This document shows, piece after piece, positions 62,101-64,000 of a DNA stretch of 64,000 bases. Below the pieces are notes generated by a model. That model had not been told where the DNA came from. It ran no database searches and saw only the letters and a list, made by a program, of their open reading frames with translations. Position numbers and translations under genes: made by a program. The stretch spans positions 2,108,001 to 2,172,000 of the forward strand of contig CDRNST010000148.1 of assembly GCA_977016875.1 (NCBI GenBank), read 5' to 3'. Numbering within the stretch: position 1 is the first letter of the stretch; the number at the start of each line of letters is the position of its first letter. Origin of the DNA: Pavona decussata. Its lineage: Eukaryota.

Positions 62101-64000
62101 TCACAAAAGCCAGTTCGTCATATGAATGTAATCTTAACATAGACAATCACCATCGTATAACAATGTGTACGGTCTCAGTGAAATAGCGACTATAATTCTT
62201 TAAAGGGACTATGTCAACTGGGTCACATGCGCAGTAGAGTCCGGTTGAGACTAATTTGCATACAACTCGTCGCGGGATTTTTGCTTTTCAGCCATTGCAA
62301 AAGCTTTCAAAAATGTCGCAACAAACAGCATCTGTAATTACTAAAGAACGAACGCGATTCAAACTGATCAAAACAGCTTCCTGAACTCCGACGGTGTTTG
62401 AAAAAGTTGTACCAACAATTTCAAAGTGCTTCTCATCAACGCGCACATGCGTCTGGGATGACATAGTACCTTTAATTACCGCGCACCGTAGCGCAAGTCG
62501 TTTGCACTCATTTGAGTGAGATTTGTAAAGGATGATCCCAGCGACATACGCATCAAAGCTGCTTTGAAAAAAATCACCCATAATGGATCCCAAGGCGGAA
62601 ATCTCACTTCGTTCCTCAAGATTTAATTGGATAAATGGCATTTCTTGAAGAATGGGGATTAAATTGATAACTAGGGCGAGATAACAAGGCTTAACCACTG
62701 AGGGCTATTGAAACACACGTGATTTCTTGCATGCTTTATCGGCAGAGAGCTGGTATCAACATCGAGTGGATATAGATGGAGAGGATGTCCTCTTCCATGT
62801 GTTTGATACTGCTGGAAAGGTACGTACGTTGAAACGAAAATCAGTCTTTGTGCTAATTAAAAAATCCAACGGGCCAGTTAACAATTAAGTTTATTTAATA
62901 TCTTCTTTTACGTTCGGAAACATTTTGGTTTTTTTTACAAAGAACGATACAAGAAACAAAAGAAACATTAAAAATTCCCCTACCTTTTGTCCCAGGTTTT
63001 GAGGGGGGGGGGGGGGTGTGGGTAACAGCAGATGTCAGAGGTCCGGTTAACTTGGTTTGTGTAGTATAGCTGGGCAATACTGAGAATTATTTAGAAATAC
63101 TCCTATCACTAACTCCCCCCCCCCCCCCCCCCTCCACCCCAGTCCAGTTGGACCCATCATACACCGTGGTGGCTAGATTCAGTGAGTGCAAAGTTTTGGG
63201 TTTAGTAAACAGAATTGTGGCAGAAATCAGATTAGGCTGTTCTGGAAAAGATCCCGCGCTTGCCCAACAGGAACCGAGTGAGCGGCTGAAATCACGGCGA
63301 GACCAAAATCAGATAACTGGCTCAGAACACTAAGTTCGGCCACGTGAAGTTATGTGGGACACCTGTGGTCGAGTGCAACTTGAACTTACTAACCTTTTGT
63401 ATATGTTATCATGAAGACATGCAGTTATGTTATTCTGAGTAATACAAGTCATTGGCTTCTCTGGAGAAGCAAGAGAATTTCATAACTGCACGTTTCATAA
63501 CTGAATTCCTCTTGCTGGTCACGGAAGACAGTGGTCACGTTCCTTTTTTTTTTTTTTTTTACCAGAATTGCAAAGAAAAGATAGACACCTGCGCTGCTCA
63601 AGACATCATGTTTGTCCTCTACTCAATAACTGATCGTTCGTCTTTCCAAGAAGCAACACTCATCGTCAAGTACCTACACGAGGCAAAAAACATTCCACCA
63701 TCATCGATATTTCTTATCGCATCAAAAGCTGACCTAAAGCGTAACGCAGAGGTGACAGAGTTCGAGGGAAACCTTTTTGCTGTGAACACTGGCTGTTCGT
63801 TTCATCAGCTGTCGAATTCAGAGAGCTTTTTTGAGCATAACAAGATTATAAAGAAAGCTTATCTCAGGGCAACGTTAAGTGCTCCACAAAAACCTCCCAA
63901 GTCACCAGCCTTGATGAGACGATTAAAAGGAGGATTCAAAAACAAGGCCCAGACAAATGGCCCAACTCAGAGAGCCAGGTCTGGCAGTGTTGGGTTCTAG
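59131..64000 (+). CDS. RERG/RASL-like Ras-family small GTPase, paralog C (243 aa predicted); exons 59131-59163, 60184-60316, 61968-62024, 62746-62819, 63566-64000
   Basis: GKDGVGKT, TRRFIGDYDGTLE, DTAGK, ASKAD. Exon sizes 133/57/74 as in paralog A. TAG at 63998-64000. The first exon (...ATG|gtgagt) is less certain. Confidence 0.88.
62204..62471. mobile_element. MITE with TTAA TSD (Kolobok-type) in intron 3 of paralog C
   Basis: TTAA|AGGGACTATGTCA ... TGACATAGTACCT|TTAA (13-bp TIR, 1 mismatch). Confidence 0.8.

Noticed and set aside
62288-62698. 136-aa minus-strand ORF
   Set aside because: Overlaps a MITE inside an intron of paralog C; no protein motif

Overview
Eukaryotic, intron-rich, AT-rich animal DNA. 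The gene content and repeat families look anthozoan, probably a stony coral; this is inference and no search was run. Manual splicing recovers seven protein genes, most of them fragmented or missed by the ORF track. Two are paralogous class A peptide-receptor-like GPCRs facing each other (7091-8978 +, 18989-21480 -). Between them lies a 4-exon small secreted protein made of a single 4-Cys domain I cannot name (12111-17285 +). Next is the selenoprotein MSRB1/SelR (29527-31413 -), with an in-frame UGA (Sec) at 29613-29611 and a well-formed type II SECIS at about 27854-27951. Last is a tandem triplet of RERG/RASL-like Ras GTPases (34849-41675, 44846-55508, 59131-64000, all +). All three carry Asp at the Ras G12 position and lack Pro34, and two carry Lys at Q61, so they look like natural mimics of activating Ras mutations. 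Intergenic and intronic DNA holds three LINE remnants (one with a clean target-site duplication in the GPCR 3' UTR), several TTAA-flanked Kolobok-type MITEs, palindromic MITEs, a minimal hammerhead ribozyme motif (47122-47184 -) and two assembly gaps. I saw no CRISPR, rRNA or tRNA.
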